Assembly (NCBI GenBank): GCA_963726255.1
Contig: CAVSBL010000002.1
Location: 1,600,001-1,664,000 of the forward strand
Length of the DNA: 64,000 nt
DNA from: Candidatus Bathyarchaeota archaeon
GTDB taxonomy: Archaea; Thermoproteota; Bathyarchaeia; 40CM-2-53-6
Reading direction: 5' to 3'
Positions 39,074-50,659 of this stretch are shown here, one piece after another (within the stretch, counting starts at the first letter, position 1; the number at the start of each line of letters is the position of its first letter). A program made the position numbers and the translations under genes. The notes beneath the pieces are model-generated. The model was not told the DNA's origin, made no database searches, and saw only the letters and a list, made by a program, of their open reading frames with translations.

Positions 39074-39655
39074 ATGAAGGTATTGGTCATAGATAATTTC
39101 GACTCGTTCGTATATAACCTCGCCCAATATGTTGGACAATTAGGAGCCGAACCTGTCGTCTACCGAAACAACCAAGTCACATTGCGTGAAGTCGAACAAT
39201 TGGAACCAGACAGGATAATCATCTCGCCAGGCCCCGGCCGACCTGATGATCGCAAATACTTCGGAATTTGCTCAGACATCATAAAGAAATTCGGCCCACG
39301 CGTGCCAACTCTTGGAGTATGCTTGGGGCATCAAGGTATTGCGTATACTTTCGGCGGGTCGATAGTGCCCGCGAAACAGCTCATGCATGGAAAGACTAGT
39401 TTGATCGAGCATGAAAACAATGGGTTGTTCAAAGATGTTGAAAACCCTCTGCGCGCAACAAGATACCATTCACTTGTTTGCTCAAGGAAGAATTTTCCGA
39501 AGTGCCTAGAAGAAACCGCAACCTCAACTGACGACGGCGAGATAATGGGATTGAGACATCGAGAGCATCCCATTTATGGCGTCCAGTTCCACCCCGAATC
39601 CATCTTGACTTCTGAAGGCCTAAAGATCATGAAGAATTTCCTGGACGGACCCTGA
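39074..39655 (+). CDS. trpG: anthranilate synthase component II (glutamine amidotransferase)
   Basis: IDNFDSFVYNL, SPGPG, GVCLGHQ, RYHSL and QFHPES motifs. Confidence 0.96.
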   Translation: MKVLVIDNFDSFVYNLAQYVGQLGAEPVVYRNNQVTLREVEQLEPDRIIISPGPGRPDDRKYFGICSDIIKKFGPRVPTLGVCLGHQGIAYTFGGSIVPAKQLMHGKTSLIEHENNGLFKDVENPLRATRYHSLVCSRKNFPKCLEETATSTDDGEIMGLRHREHPIYGVQFHPESILTSEGLKIMKNFLDGP

Positions 39656-39657
39656 GA

Positions 39658-40719
39658 TTGATTAGAGAAGCCATTCAACTGTTAGTGGACCGGAAGGACT
39701 TGCCCTTCGAACTCGCGCAGCAATCAATGCGAGAGATTATGGTGGGAGAAGCAACACCCTCTCAGATCGGTGCGTTCCTAACATCGCTTCGGATGAAGGG
39801 GGAAACTGTTGAAGAAATCACTGCCCTCGCTATGGTAATGCGTGATAATGCCGTTCGAATAAACCCGCATGTGAGCGGAAGGACGGTTGACACTTGTGGG
39901 ACAGGGGGAGACCGGTTGAAAACATTCAACGTGAGTACCGCAGCTGCCCTTGTCGCAGCCGGTGCGGGCGTAGCTGTTGCAAAGCACGGAAACCGTTCGG
40001 TCACCAGTAAATGCGGCAGCGCAGACGTTTTGGAAGCGATTGGGGTCAATCTGAACGTTCCACCCTTAACGGTTCAGAGAGCAATAGAACAGGTAGGGAT
40101 TGGTTTCATGTTCGCGCCCGCATTCCACCCGGCAATGAAGAATGCTATTGTTCCACGACGGGAGATAGGGGTTCGAACGGTTTTCAATATCCTCGGCCCA
40201 CTCACAAACCCTGCCAACGCGAGTGCGCAAGTCCTAGGAGTCTACGACCCAAAGCTTGTTGAGCCCATGGCACAGGTGTTGCAGAAACTCGGTACCGAAG
40301 AAGCCATGGTAGTCCACGGCGTCGAAGGCCTGGACGAAATATCAACCATAGGCAAAACTAAGCTTGCATGGTTGAAAGACGGACAGACCACGAGCAGAGA
40401 AATCACCCCGCAAGACCTGAACCTCAAGCAAGCTCGACCCAACGAAATTTCCGGCTTTGACATCAACCAAAACGCCAAGCTGCTCGTTCACATAATCAAT
40501 GGCAGCGAGGATAGGCTCTCGACAAGGCTTCAGATGGTTCTTGCAAACGCCGCAGCTGCAATCGTGGTTGGAGGAAAAGCACACGACTTAGCAACTGGTG
40601 TGGAAGTCGGCCGCGAGGCCATTGCAAGTGGAAGGGCGTACGAGAAGCTGAAGCAGCTGATCGAAATCACGAACGGCGACGAGTCCAAACTTGAAAGGAT
40701 AGAATCACAAAATGCCTGA
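39658..40719 (+). CDS. trpD: anthranilate phosphoribosyltransferase
   Basis: DTCGTGGD, FNVST, KHGNRS and RTVFNILGPLTNP motifs. Confidence 0.97.
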   Translation: MIREAIQLLVDRKDLPFELAQQSMREIMVGEATPSQIGAFLTSLRMKGETVEEITALAMVMRDNAVRINPHVSGRTVDTCGTGGDRLKTFNVSTAAALVAAGAGVAVAKHGNRSVTSKCGSADVLEAIGVNLNVPPLTVQRAIEQVGIGFMFAPAFHPAMKNAIVPRREIGVRTVFNILGPLTNPANASAQVLGVYDPKLVEPMAQVLQKLGTEEAMVVHGVEGLDEISTIGKTKLAWLKDGQTTSREITPQDLNLKQARPNEISGFDINQNAKLLVHIINGSEDRLSTRLQMVLANAAAAIVVGGKAHDLATGVEVGREAIASGRAYEKLKQLIEITNGDESKLERIESQNA

Positions 40720-41485
40720 CATCCTAAGCAAATTAGTTGAAGATGCCAAAAGAAGGATCAGCAGTGGATACTACGAGATTGAAGAGACTACAAGACACCA
40801 ACCCATTAGCCTCACCCGCGCACTAAATTCAGCTCACAACAATGCCATAATCGCAGAGATCAAACCCATTTCACCCGCGCTAGGCCCCCTACGTCCAAAC
40901 ATTGACCCAGTCGATGCAGCCATCAAGCTAGCCAGAGGCGGCGCGGTAGCCTTATCGGTTCTAACTGAACCCGACAACTTTGGCGGCAAAATAGATTACT
41001 TGAGAAGAATCAGAGAGAAGGTGGACCTTCCCCTCCTTATGAAGGACATAATCGTTCACAAAGCACAGATTCAGGCTGGCAGGGAATCTGGCGCCGACTG
41101 TGTACTCCTCATAGAATCAGTATTCTCAGCACACCACGCGCCCCTTGAAAGTCTAATTCAATACGCACACCAGAACCAACTGGAAGTTCTCCTAGAAGTT
41201 CACAGCGAAGAAGAGCTGGAAAGGGCTCTGGTAAGTGAGGCGGACATCATTGGTGTCAACAACAGAAACCTCGCGACCCTCGAAACCGACCTCAACACGA
41301 CTGCACGACTTCTCAACAGAGTTGATGAAAAGTGTGGAAAGGCGCTCATAAGCGAGAGCGGTTTTGAAAACGCAAGGGACATACGCAAGTTGAAGTCAAG
41401 GCCAGTGGATGGTTTTCTGATAGGCTCTTCAATTATGCTCTCAGAGGACCTGGAACGTAAGGTCCGGGAGTTCGTACTTGCCTAA
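40712..41485 (+). CDS. trpC: indole-3-glycerol-phosphate synthase
   Basis: IIAEIKPISP, LSVLTE, LMKD, GVNNRNL and ISESG motifs. Confidence 0.96.
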   Translation: MPDILSKLVEDAKRRISSGYYEIEETTRHQPISLTRALNSAHNNAIIAEIKPISPALGPLRPNIDPVDAAIKLARGGAVALSVLTEPDNFGGKIDYLRRIREKVDLPLLMKDIIVHKAQIQAGRESGADCVLLIESVFSAHHAPLESLIQYAHQNQLEVLLEVHSEEELERALVSEADIIGVNNRNLATLETDLNTTARLLNRVDEKCGKALISESGFENARDIRKLKSRPVDGFLIGSSIMLSEDLERKVREFVLA

Positions 41486-41496
41486 GGAAGACGACA

Positions 41497-42141
41497 ATGC
41501 GAGTCAAAATCTGTGGCTTGATGCGACCGAAGGATGTGAGGTTTGCTTTGGATAGCGGCGCAGATGCCGTCGGTGTCGTTGTAGCCAGCCCATCTTCCCG
41601 AAGAAACTTACCATTGAACCAAGCACGAAAGTTGATGAGAACGGTTCCAATCTTCGCCATGAAGGTGGTGGTCACCTCCGCAAATGATGGGAAAATCCTG
41701 CTCAGGATTTGCTCCAGTCTTAGGCCTGACGCACTACAGCTCCATCAACACCAGCGGGAGCTAGTACGATCGATTAGGCGAAAACATCCTGAAACCAAGC
41801 TCATTCTTGCCACAGCGATTAGTGGCCCTTCTGGATTGCGGCAGGCATGTATGGCATCGGGGTATTCAGATGCTGTTTTGGCAGACTCACCCAACCATGA
41901 CGGGATGGGTGGCACAGGCCGAACTCATGACTGGAACCTCACGGCAACTCTTCGCGACAGGATATACCCTCATCCCTTAATCCTGGCGGGGGGGCTAACT
42001 CCAAGCAATGTTCAAACGGCCATCAAAAAGGTCAGGCCATTCGCGGTAGATGTTTCAAGCGGCGTGGAGAAGACAGTGGGAGTTAAGGACCCACGTAAAA
42101 TTCGGGACTTCATAATGAGAGCAAAGGAGGACATGAATTGA
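41497..42141 (+). CDS. trpF: phosphoribosylanthranilate isomerase
   Basis: VKICG, QLH, GGTG, LAGGL and VDVSSGVE motifs. Confidence 0.96.
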   Translation: MRVKICGLMRPKDVRFALDSGADAVGVVVASPSSRRNLPLNQARKLMRTVPIFAMKVVVTSANDGKILLRICSSLRPDALQLHQHQRELVRSIRRKHPETKLILATAISGPSGLRQACMASGYSDAVLADSPNHDGMGGTGRTHDWNLTATLRDRIYPHPLILAGGLTPSNVQTAIKKVRPFAVDVSSGVEKTVGVKDPRKIRDFIMRAKEDMN

Positions 42142-43337
42142 CACAGGAACATTCGCACGTTGTCGATGGCAAGTTCGGGAAGTATGGCGGCCGCTTCGTT
42201 CCGGAGACGCTAATGGGTGCTCTCATCGAGCTGGAAAAGGAATATACACGGCTGAAGAACGACCCGGAATTCAAATCTCAACTTTCTTATCTTCTCAAAG
42301 AATTCGCAGGGCGTCCTACACCCCTTTACTACGCTGCGAACTTGACCCGAAAAGCCGGCGGCGCGAAGATATACATCAAACGTGAAGACTTGGCGCACGG
42401 CGGCGCACACAAGATCAACAACACGATTGGGCAGGCACTTCTCGCGAAACGAATGGGAAGAAACCGGGTCATAGCGGAAACTGGCGCTGGTCAGCACGGC
42501 GTTGCAAGCGCCATAGCGTGCGCGGCGCTAGGCCTCAAGTGCGAGGTCTACATGGGTTCCGAAGATGTGGAACGACAGAAACTAAACGTCTTCCGCATGA
42601 ATCTTCTAGGAACTAAGGTCCATTCGGTTCACTCAGGATCGAGGACGCTCAAGGATGCGATAAACGAAACCTTCCGAGATTGGGTATCGAACGTTGAGAA
42701 CACTTACTATCTGCTTGGTTCAGTAGTGGGCCCCCACCCATACCCTACCTTAGTAAGAGATTTTCAGAGCGTTATCGGCCTAGAGATCAAAGAGCAGATT
42801 CTGCAGAAGGAAGGACGCCTGCCGGATGCGATAGTTGCCTGCGTGGGCGGGGGAAGCAACTCGATGGGCGCGTTCTATCCTTTCATTGAAGACACGCAAG
42901 TGGCATTGCATGGTGTGGAAGCCGGCGGCCTAGGCCTTGCGTCTGGAAAACACGCTGCAACATTGTGCGCTGGACAGGAAGGCGTCTTTCACGGAATGCT
43001 TACCTACATCCTTCAGGATGAGGACGGTCAAATCCAGTCAACACACAGCATCTCAGCCGGCCTAGACTACCCAGGAGTTGGCCCAGAACATGCATACCTG
43101 AAGGCTACCGGACGTGCTCAATACACTTCGGCAACGGATCAACAAGCCGTGGAAGCCTTCATGGAACTAAGTCGGCTTGAAGGCATCATACCAGCTCTCG
43201 AATCCGCACACGCCGTACATTACGCAACGATTTTGGCGTCGAAAATGAAGCAAGACCAGCTTGTAGTGATCAACCTCTCGGGACGCGGAGATAAGGACGT
43301 TAATGTTGTCGCCAAAAATCTGGGCGTTAAGATATGA
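42138..43337 (+). CDS. trpB: tryptophan synthase beta chain
   Basis: [38 protein letters not shown] and NLSGRGDKD motifs. Confidence 0.98.
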   Translation: MTQEHSHVVDGKFGKYGGRFVPETLMGALIELEKEYTRLKNDPEFKSQLSYLLKEFAGRPTPLYYAANLTRKAGGAKIYIKREDLAHGGAHKINNTIGQALLAKRMGRNRVIAETGAGQHGVASAIACAALGLKCEVYMGSEDVERQKLNVFRMNLLGTKVHSVHSGSRTLKDAINETFRDWVSNVENTYYLLGSVVGPHPYPTLVRDFQSVIGLEIKEQILQKEGRLPDAIVACVGGGSNSMGAFYPFIEDTQVALHGVEAGGLGLASGKHAATLCAGQEGVFHGMLTYILQDEDGQIQSTHSISAGLDYPGVGPEHAYLKATGRAQYTSATDQQAVEAFMELSRLEGIIPALESAHAVHYATILASKMKQDQLVVINLSGRGDKDVNVVAKNLGVKI

Positions 43338-44149
43338 CGAGAATCTCAGAGTTATTCGCTCAATTGAAGGAGAGTGGCGAAGGTGCACTCATAGCCTACC
43401 TGACAGTAGGATACCCAAACCTTAGACAAACCCCTCGCCTAATCGGAGCACTGATCAAAGGTGGGGCAGACATCATCGAACTTGGAATCCCATTCTCGGA
43501 TCCGATCGCGGATGGGCCAACGATTCAGAACGCTACCACGCGTTCCTTGGAGAGCGGCGTTAGGCCCCTCGACGCTTTAGAGATAGCTCGAACAGTCCAC
43601 GAGAAATACGACACGCCCCTTGTTCTAATGAGCTACTTCAACCCCATATACCGAGTTGGATTACAGAAATTTCTGACCTTGACAAAGAATTCCGGGATAT
43701 CGGGAATTATTGTTCCTGACCTCCCGGTAGAAGAATCAAAAGATTACAAGAATGAATGCGTTTCAACCGACATCGACACCATCTTCTTGGCATCGCCCTC
43801 CACTCATCCGGACAGGCTTAAGCAGATTCTGGCTCAGACCTCGGGTTACCTCTACCTGATTTCACTATACGGTGTCACGGGTGTCCGGTCGTCAGTTGCT
43901 GAATCAGCTCTGACTCTGATCAGGAAATACCGCGGTGCAATGGCTGGTTCCGTCCCCCTCGCAGTGGGGTTTGGAATCTCTACACCCGACCACGTTAGAG
44001 CAATGATCCATGCCGGAGCAGATGGTGCGATCGTCGGCAGCGCATTCATTGAGATAATCAGGAAGAACCAGCGGAACCCGATTCATGCAGCCAAAAAATT
44101 GGAGAACATGACCAAGGCCATGAAAAAAGCAACTTTAGGATCCAAATGA
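43334..44149 (+). CDS. trpA: tryptophan synthase alpha chain
   Basis: [28 protein letters not shown] and ADGAIVGSA motifs. Confidence 0.98.
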   Translation: MTRISELFAQLKESGEGALIAYLTVGYPNLRQTPRLIGALIKGGADIIELGIPFSDPIADGPTIQNATTRSLESGVRPLDALEIARTVHEKYDTPLVLMSYFNPIYRVGLQKFLTLTKNSGISGIIVPDLPVEESKDYKNECVSTDIDTIFLASPSTHPDRLKQILAQTSGYLYLISLYGVTGVRSSVAESALTLIRKYRGAMAGSVPLAVGFGISTPDHVRAMIHAGADGAIVGSAFIEIIRKNQRNPIHAAKKLENMTKAMKKATLGSK

Positions 44150-44150
44150 T

Positions 44151-44870
44151 TCATACAGTGCCTAACTGCTGCGAGTCTAGGAAACGACGAATCCTGAGAA
44201 AAACTGCGTCAATCATAGCCTCGGTTAGCTTCCCGGTTTGAGTGTTCTGCCGGCTCGGGTGGTAAGACGCCGCAAGAGCTGGATATGGCTCCGGAAGCTG
44301 GTAGAAGGCGGCATGATGAAACTGCAACCCCTTGACCTTGAGCTCTTGCTCTCTAAGGAACCTTAGGTACGTGTCGAAGGCCACTCGCCCTAGAGCTAAA
44401 ATGACTTTGACGTTGGTGAGTAGCCGTAACTCCTGTGTCCAGTAACGCTCACATGTGCGAATCTCTAAGTGGGTTGGTTTATTCTTTGGTGGAGCGCACC
44501 TTACAATCGCGGTCATGTATGCGTCCAGTAGCTTGAGGTCGTCGCCCCGTCTGTTCGATGTCGGCTGGTTAGAAAAGCCGTGCCGGTGCAATGCGGCAAT
44601 TAGAAATTGGGCCGAACCATCTCCCGTGAACATGCGCCCGGTCCTATTCCCGCCATGCGCTGCTGGAGCTAGGCCGAGGATCATAAGCCTGGCACGCACG
44701 TCCCCGAAACCCGGCAGCGGTTTGCCCCAATAATCCCAGTCTACGTACTGTCTGCGTTTTTTCTTGGCAACTAGCCTGCAATATCTACGTAGCCTTGGGC
44801 AGAGCTCGCATGAGACGACTGCTGAGTTAAGGTGGCTAAGCGACTTGAAAGCAACCCGGCGGTCTTGCAA
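44151..44870 (-). CDS. uracil-DNA glycosylase family 5 (UdgB-like, Fe-S)
   Basis: CELCPRL, GLAPAAHGGNRTGRMFTGD, RCAPP.NKP and YHPSRQNT motifs. Confidence 0.93.
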   Translation of the reverse strand: MQDRRVAFKSLSHLNSAVVSCELCPRLRRYCRLVAKKKRRQYVDWDYWGKPLPGFGDVRARLMILGLAPAAHGGNRTGRMFTGDGSAQFLIAALHRHGFSNQPTSNRRGDDLKLLDAYMTAIVRCAPPKNKPTHLEIRTCERYWTQELRLLTNVKVILALGRVAFDTYLRFLREQELKVKGLQFHHAAFYQLPEPYPALAASYHPSRQNTQTGKLTEAMIDAVFLRIRRFLDSQQLGTV

Positions 44871-44897
44871 TTCTTTGACCGTTAGATTAGGAGAGGC

Positions 44898-45383
44898 TTA
44901 GAGGTTTTCCCCGGAGAGGCTATAGACTACTGTTATTCCTTGGTATTGGTCGCCACCGAAGTATGTTAGGGTAAGCGGCAGCCATCCGGTCCAATTCATG
45001 GGGAAATGAATTTCGAAGTATCCGTTGTCGCTAGTTGACACGGCCTGGGTTCGGTAGTTGCCTTGCAGGTAGTAGTGTGCGTAAACCTTCGCTCCCGCCA
45101 CGGGTTGCCCCGACATTGTCTCAAGGTATCCTTTAACCCCCACCGCCACCCCCTTCTCGGTGATGGCACTCACGGAGGCGAACATGACACCCTGTCCCTT
45201 GCTGGATAACGGAGAGGTTGGTAATGTAACGAATTCTGAGGGTGGAAACTGGGATGTGGGGCCCACTGTCACCAAGGCCCAAGCAGATATTATCACGAGA
45301 AAGACGACGATGACCAGAGCAACTAACCCCTCCACGGGGAGGCCCCGGCGTTTCGTTTGTTCCGCCTCATCATTGCTAGCCAT
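44898..45383 (-). CDS. hypothetical membrane-anchored Ig-like domain protein
   Basis: N-terminal TM; GQPVAGAKV...TSDNGYF...YFGGDQY pattern. Confidence 0.7.
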   Translation of the reverse strand: MASNDEAEQTKRRGLPVEGLVALVIVVFLVIISAWALVTVGPTSQFPPSEFVTLPTSPLSSKGQGVMFASVSAITEKGVAVGVKGYLETMSGQPVAGAKVYAHYYLQGNYRTQAVSTSDNGYFEIHFPMNWTGWLPLTLTYFGGDQYQGITVVYSLSGENL

Positions 45384-45538
45384 CGCAGTACACCTCAGCG
45401 GATTCTAAAATCGCCCTGCAAAGTCCTCAGGAGAGTTAAAGTCTTTCCGGCGATTTGCACCGCAGCAAGAATTCGACTTTTGATTGTGTGCACAGATTTA
45501 TTTATAGCGAGAAGGATGCAGGGGCGGAGTTTGCAAGA

Positions 45539-47191
45539 TTGTCTGAAGCTACGGTTCCCGTTCTCATTCTGAAGGAAGGAGCAACCCGAAGCCGCGGTCG
45601 GGACGCTCAACGGAACAACATTTTAGCGGCAAAGATCGTCACTGAAACAATCCGCACGACCCTCGGCCCACAAGGCATGGATAAGATGCTAGTATCAGGC
45701 ATGGGTGACGTCGTGATTACGAACGACGGGGCTACGATCATGAAGGAGCTTGACGTTCAACACCCCGCCGCCAAGATGCTTGTTGAAGTCGCGAAAAGTC
45801 AAGATAACGAGGTCGGCGATGGTACAACGACTGCCGTTGTTCTCGCCGGAGAACTGTTGACGAAAGCTGAGAAGCTCCTTGACCAAGAAATCCATCCAAC
45901 AGTCATCGTCGAAGGTTACAAGAAAGCCTCAGAGAAGGCGCTAGAAATTCTCCAGAGCCTTGCCATTGATATTCAACCCAGCGACGAGAACACGCTCAAG
46001 CTCGTAGCAATGACCTCGATAAGCACCAAAGCAACTGTCGGCACAAGCGAACATTTAGCATCATTGGCCACTAAGGCCGTAAGTCAAATCATTGAAGAGC
46101 GGGACGGCAAGACCACTGCCGACATAGACAGGATCAAGGTCTTGAAGAAGAAGGGGGAGAGCTTGGAGCAGTGCGAACTCATCAGGGGCATCGTTGTTGA
46201 CAAAGAAGTCTCTCATCCACAGATGCCAAAGCAAGTGAAGAACGCAAAGATAGCACTTCTCAACGCGAAGCTTGAGATTGAGAAGACTGAATTTGATGCC
46301 AAAATCAACATCAACTCACCCGACCAGATGAAACGCTTTCTCGACGAGGAAGAGAATATGCTCAGGGGCATGACGGATAAGGTCAGCGGAAGCGGTGCCA
46401 ACGTAATATTCTGTGAAAAAGGCATCGATGACTTAGCCCTCCATTTCCTTGCCAAGAAGAACATCATGGCTGTGAAGAACATTAGCAGCAACGACATGGA
46501 GAAACTGGCAAAAGCTACCGGCGGAACAATACTTGCCAGCACCAAGGACATCGCTTCAGACACCCTTGGTGAGGCGAAACTTGTAGAGGAAGTCAAGATT
46601 GGAGACGATAAACTTGTGTACGTTCGCGACTGCAAAGACCCACGTGCGGTAACCGTCGTTATCAGAGGCGGCTCGGAACATGTCGTTGACGAAGCTGAAC
46701 GCTCTTTCCACGATGCCCTCTGTGTGGTCAGAAACGTAGTGGAGGACCACAAGATAGTTGCAGGCGGAGGCGCACCTGAAGCTGAAACAGCAAAACAGCT
46801 GCGAGAATTCGCCGTGAAAGTAGGAGGCCGCGAACAACTCGCCATCGAAGCCTACGCTGAAGCGCTAGAGGCGATTCCGCTTACAATAGCAGAAAACGCA
46901 GGGCTCGACCCAATCGACATAATGGTTGAACTCAGGTCGAAACATGCTGAAGCTGGAAACAAATGGTACGGCGTCCAAGTAAAGACTGGAAAAATCGCCG
47001 ACATGCTAACGGACAATGTGATTGAACCGCTCAGGGTGAAACTACAAGTCATCAAGTCCGCAACAGAAGCTGCTAGCATGCTCCTACGAATAGACGACGT
47101 CGTCTCTTCGAAAGGCACGAAGGAAAGCGGACCGCCGGGCGGAGGAATGCCGGGTGGTATGCCTGGCGGAATGCCACCAGGCATGATGTAG
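45539..47191 (+). CDS. thermosome subunit (group II chaperonin)
   Basis: [25 protein letters not shown] motifs; GGM-repeat tail; TTG start at 45539. Confidence 0.97.
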   Translation: MSEATVPVLILKEGATRSRGRDAQRNNILAAKIVTETIRTTLGPQGMDKMLVSGMGDVVITNDGATIMKELDVQHPAAKMLVEVAKSQDNEVGDGTTTAVVLAGELLTKAEKLLDQEIHPTVIVEGYKKASEKALEILQSLAIDIQPSDENTLKLVAMTSISTKATVGTSEHLASLATKAVSQIIEERDGKTTADIDRIKVLKKKGESLEQCELIRGIVVDKEVSHPQMPKQVKNAKIALLNAKLEIEKTEFDAKININSPDQMKRFLDEEENMLRGMTDKVSGSGANVIFCEKGIDDLALHFLAKKNIMAVKNISSNDMEKLAKATGGTILASTKDIASDTLGEAKLVEEVKIGDDKLVYVRDCKDPRAVTVVIRGGSEHVVDEAERSFHDALCVVRNVVEDHKIVAGGGAPEAETAKQLREFAVKVGGREQLAIEAYAEALEAIPLTIAENAGLDPIDIMVELRSKHAEAGNKWYGVQVKTGKIADMLTDNVIEPLRVKLQVIKSATEAASMLLRIDDVVSSKGTKESGPPGGGMPGGMPGGMPPGMM

Positions 47192-47265
47192 CCGATTCCG
47201 AGGCCGCGCGACACCACGAAAATCAGTCACTCTCCAACTCTGCCTAGGTCTATTCTCCGACATGC

Positions 47266-47664
47266 GTGGTTGAATTGGCAACCAAACTGACTGAAAAGGT
47301 CGTCAGGTTCATCGACGGAAAGAATTTTGCTTTTCTCGCAACTCTCCTGCCAGATGGATCGCCCCATGTCACACCGATGTGGGTCGACCATGAAGGCGAT
47401 ACGATCCTGATGAACACGGCAATCGGACGCGTTAAGCAAAAGAACTTGGCCAGAGATCCCAGAGTTTCAATAGCCATCGCAGATTCGAACAACCCATACG
47501 ACAGAATAATTATACATGGTCGCCTGGTAAGCCAAACCGAGCAAGGCGCAGATACGCACATCGATAAGTTAGCAAAGAAGTACACAGACGCGAACAAATA
47601 TCAAAAGACATCACCAAATGAGAAACGAATCATCCTCAAAATTGAGCCGCTGCAGATTCTCTGA
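47266..47664 (+). CDS. PPOX-class F420-dependent oxidoreductase
   Basis: LATLLPDGSPHVTPMW, KQKNLARDPRV and IDKLAKKY motifs. Confidence 0.9.
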   Translation: MVELATKLTEKVVRFIDGKNFAFLATLLPDGSPHVTPMWVDHEGDTILMNTAIGRVKQKNLARDPRVSIAIADSNNPYDRIIIHGRLVSQTEQGADTHIDKLAKKYTDANKYQKTSPNEKRIILKIEPLQIL

Positions 47665-47689
47665 GTCAAATTAAGACCGCAGGTCAACC

Positions 47690-48832
47690 TTGCCCTCTTT
47701 CTCTGGTTCCCCATCTTCCGTCGAGATTCTTCAAAGGCTTACAGAGTTTCCTACGTATGAAGAATCTGGGATGAGGGCATGCTCTGAATTTCTCTCCGGC
47801 GAGCTAGATAGGCTTGGGTTCAAAGCCAATGTCGATAAGTTGAACAACGTCTACGCGGAAAAAACATTTGATCACGGCGAAGCTACTTTCCTCGTCAACA
47901 GCCACTTCGATACGGTTCCACCCAACCCCAGATGGGTGAAAGACCCACTCCATGCTTCCTTGGAGGGTGACCGGCTCTATGGCCTTGGAACTTCAGATGA
48001 CAAAGCTAGTGTCGCCTCAATCCTCTACGTACTTGGAAAAGTCGAAGACTCCCGGTTCCGCAAACTCGAATTATTGTTCTCCAATTACGAAGATAACAAC
48101 ACCATTCTAGATGGCGAGACTTGGCTAGGCACTCCCTACTTTCTAACCCACAACCACTTGGAATCAACTTTCGGAGTCAACGTTGAGGGAACTGTCGATA
48201 ATGACATTTTCATGGTCTCTTTGGGGTGTGGTGGGCGAGTAGGTTTCAAGGTCACAACCTTAGGGAAGGAAGCCCACTCCTCCGACCCGAGACAGGGACG
48301 AAACGCAATCTACGATATGATGAAGGTAATTGAAGCCTTGCGAAAGTTGCCACCCGCCAGAATGATTCTGGATGAACATGAGGCCTATACGGAACTAAAC
48401 GTGAGCATGATCAAAGGCGGGGTCGCGATAAACATCGTTCCGGGAGACTGCGACATAACTTGTGAACGGCGCGTTCTTCCGAACGAGGACTGGGACACGG
48501 TTAAGGCACAAGTCGATAAGACACTATCCGAGTTGCGAGGCATCCAATTCAAGGTCGAGTACAACAAGCCCCAGCGATCGTACCTTATCGACCGTAAACA
48601 CCCAGCGGTTACGTTGGCTAAGGAGAGCGTCACGAGGGCGGTGGGATATTCGCCAAGATTCCGAGTTGAATCAGGTAGAACCGACTCCATCTATTTCGAT
48701 CAAATGGCAGGCATAAAGACCGTGATTCTCGGGCCTGGTGAAACCGCCCACATAGCCGACGAGTACGTCAATGTTCGAAGGCTTGAGGAATTCAACCAGA
48801 TACTATACCATATGTTGTCAACGGGAAGCTAG
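47690..48832 (+). CDS. M20 family metallopeptidase/deacylase (ArgE/DapE-like)
   Basis: SHFDTV, GLGTSDDKA, GKEAHSS and GPG..AH..DE motifs; usual EE motif reads ED. Confidence 0.88.
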   Translation: MPSFSGSPSSVEILQRLTEFPTYEESGMRACSEFLSGELDRLGFKANVDKLNNVYAEKTFDHGEATFLVNSHFDTVPPNPRWVKDPLHASLEGDRLYGLGTSDDKASVASILYVLGKVEDSRFRKLELLFSNYEDNNTILDGETWLGTPYFLTHNHLESTFGVNVEGTVDNDIFMVSLGCGGRVGFKVTTLGKEAHSSDPRQGRNAIYDMMKVIEALRKLPPARMILDEHEAYTELNVSMIKGGVAINIVPGDCDITCERRVLPNEDWDTVKAQVDKTLSELRGIQFKVEYNKPQRSYLIDRKHPAVTLAKESVTRAVGYSPRFRVESGRTDSIYFDQMAGIKTVILGPGETAHIADEYVNVRRLEEFNQILYHMLSTGS

Positions 48833-48838
48833 TCTGCT

Positions 48839-49276
48839 TTAGCAGTAGTTTCGGTCCGAACCAGCTGGAGCAATCTTCTGATCTTGGGATTCGTATAGGG
48901 TTGGGTTGCCTTTTACACAGAGGAAGACGAATGGCTCGTCCCATTCATTGCTAAATTGGTGAACTGCTTTTGATGGAATGAAAATCGTATCACCCTCCTG
49001 CATTGGCTTCAGCGGACCAGCCTCCTTCGATTGCCTGAGCATCCCCCTACCACTTAGGACGTAAACTTGGTGTTCGTATGCATGTTCATCTAGCGGTGTG
49101 TAACCGCCCTTCTCTACGGTATACAACCGGAGGGCGAAACGGTGCGACCCATGTCGTTCGTCGATCAGGTACCTTACTTTTACCTTTTCAGCGCCGTCTT
49201 TCGCTAGGTCTTCAACTTGGACGCTGAATGCGTTTACGGTGAAAATCTTCTGTTCCTTTGCGGTTTCTTGAACCAA
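48839..49276 (-). CDS. cupin domain protein
   Basis: TPLDEHAYEHQVYVLSG and GDTIFIPSKAVHQF motifs. Confidence 0.88.
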   Translation of the reverse strand: MVQETAKEQKIFTVNAFSVQVEDLAKDGAEKVKVRYLIDERHGSHRFALRLYTVEKGGYTPLDEHAYEHQVYVLSGRGMLRQSKEAGPLKPMQEGDTIFIPSKAVHQFSNEWDEPFVFLCVKGNPTLYESQDQKIAPAGSDRNYC

Positions 49277-49429
49277 TTTGACCTCGCCTATTTGATTACC
49301 ATCCTACGAGGGCGCGTGCTCGCCCTCAGATCGTATTTAGGTTTGCGCACTAACCCTGAGGCATCTAGACCATTAAGCGAAGGCTTACAAGGAATCATAC
49401 TATTCTCCAAGACATTTCTGTGAGGGGCT

Positions 49430-49609
49430 ATGTCAACCGAGAATGATTCGGAAAAGGGAAAGTGGAGGTTCTCGCATGCCAGTGCCTACAGTGACAACGT
49501 ATGCGAAACATTCACCGATGAAAAAGGCAAAGTCCACTACAGGTGGCTGTATCCAGATGGAAAAATGGAATATATCTGTGCCTGCCACCGCTTCCTGAAC
49601 AAGTTTTAG
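49430..49609 (+). CDS. small 59-aa protein with a C-terminal CxCH
   Basis: GAGGGG then ATG; MSTENDSEKGKWRFSHASAYSDNVCETFTDEKGKVHYRWLYPDGKMEYICACHRFLNKF; below the track cutoff. Confidence 0.65.
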   Translation: MSTENDSEKGKWRFSHASAYSDNVCETFTDEKGKVHYRWLYPDGKMEYICACHRFLNKF

Positions 49610-49875
49610 TAACCTTACCAGCCTTCGCGGCTGCAGAGAAGATTTGGAAATTCTGGCCGATTATCGAGTTTGACTAGTTCGGCTTGGTTTTCGGCTCGAC
49701 TTCACTCGTTTTCTGAAACGTTGCTTTCTTTTCTGTCGCTTGCGAATTCTGTAACCCGGTTTACCCAGTCGATGCGGCATGCCAATCCTACTCCTGTATA
49801 CTTCTTTCCCCAAATTGAAGCAATCGCTATATGGCTTTCGTACATCTCGCATTGCCAGAGAAGAGGGATAGGATC

Positions 49876-50259
49876 GTGTCGGTTGAAGAACTTTCAGGCA
49901 AGGGCTCGCCGGCTTGCCAAGAAGCATTCGCATACCTGAGGGAGCAAATGAATTCGGATCAAAACGTTTCTGAAAGCGTGGAATACGAACCGCTCAAAGA
50001 GACCGAGGCGCCGAGCTACAACGTCAGAGAAACTCCTCGGGTGCGAGCCTTCTTCGGCGAGAAGCTCGAACTATTCCTCTTTATACCGGAGAAATCTGTG
50101 GTGGCTATCAAATCTGATGCGTCAGTTCCTGAGGCCCTGAGGGCATGGGTTGACAGGGCACAGCTTGGGGGGATGAGCCGCCTTCTCAGGGTTCAACTCG
50201 CAACGAAAAAAGACGTGGAAGTCTTGATGCCTCTCATCAAAGCCGTGACACGTCAGTAG
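49876..50259 (+). CDS. hypothetical protein
   Basis: Protein-like composition; GTG 49876 after GAGGGATAGG preferred to 49831. Confidence 0.6.
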   Translation: MSVEELSGKGSPACQEAFAYLREQMNSDQNVSESVEYEPLKETEAPSYNVRETPRVRAFFGEKLELFLFIPEKSVVAIKSDASVPEALRAWVDRAQLGGMSRLLRVQLATKKDVEVLMPLIKAVTRQ

Positions 50260-50272
50260 GTCAGATACTGCA

Positions 50273-50659
50273 TCAGAACGTCTCGTTATATGTCCGAATG
50301 AACTCTTCGTCGACTACCCCTGAAACAACCTTCTCTGAACCATCGGGTAGTACGACGCTTAAGCCAGCTGCATGGTATGGCAATTCGAACCTCTCCAACT
50401 TCGCTGGATCGTCAGTTTCGTAAATCTTAATCCACTTACCGCCTTCTTGACGGAAGCAGTAAATCTTCTCTACCCTCCTCTCCCCGATTCCCCCAATCCG
50501 ACCGCCTGCCGCTCCTGGTGCGCTTGCGGGTAGTTGGAGAACGTAGACGCAGTTCCTTCCTTGATTCTCACGCAGGTCAATGTGAGACTCAGCAACAAAG
50601 ATTCGCCTGCTTTTCTCACTGGCTAACTGAGTCAGTTCCTCGAGAGGAGTCAGAGCTAT
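50273..50659 (-). CDS. hypothetical protein of about 128 aa lacking a canonical start
   Basis: Open frame (I)ALTPLEELTQLASEKSRRIFV...GAAGGRIGGIGERRVEKIYCF...FELPYHAAG...TF fills an otherwise empty gap; not in the track. Confidence 0.65.
   Translation of the reverse strand: MALTPLEELTQLASEKSRRIFVAESHIDLRENQGRNCVYVLQLPASAPGAAGGRIGGIGERRVEKIYCFRQEGGKWIKIYETDDPAKLERFELPYHAAGLSVVLPDGSEKVVSGVVDEEFIRTYNETF

Noticed and set aside
47130-47191. Short tandem GGM-coding repeat
   Set aside because: Ordinary chaperonin C-terminal tail.
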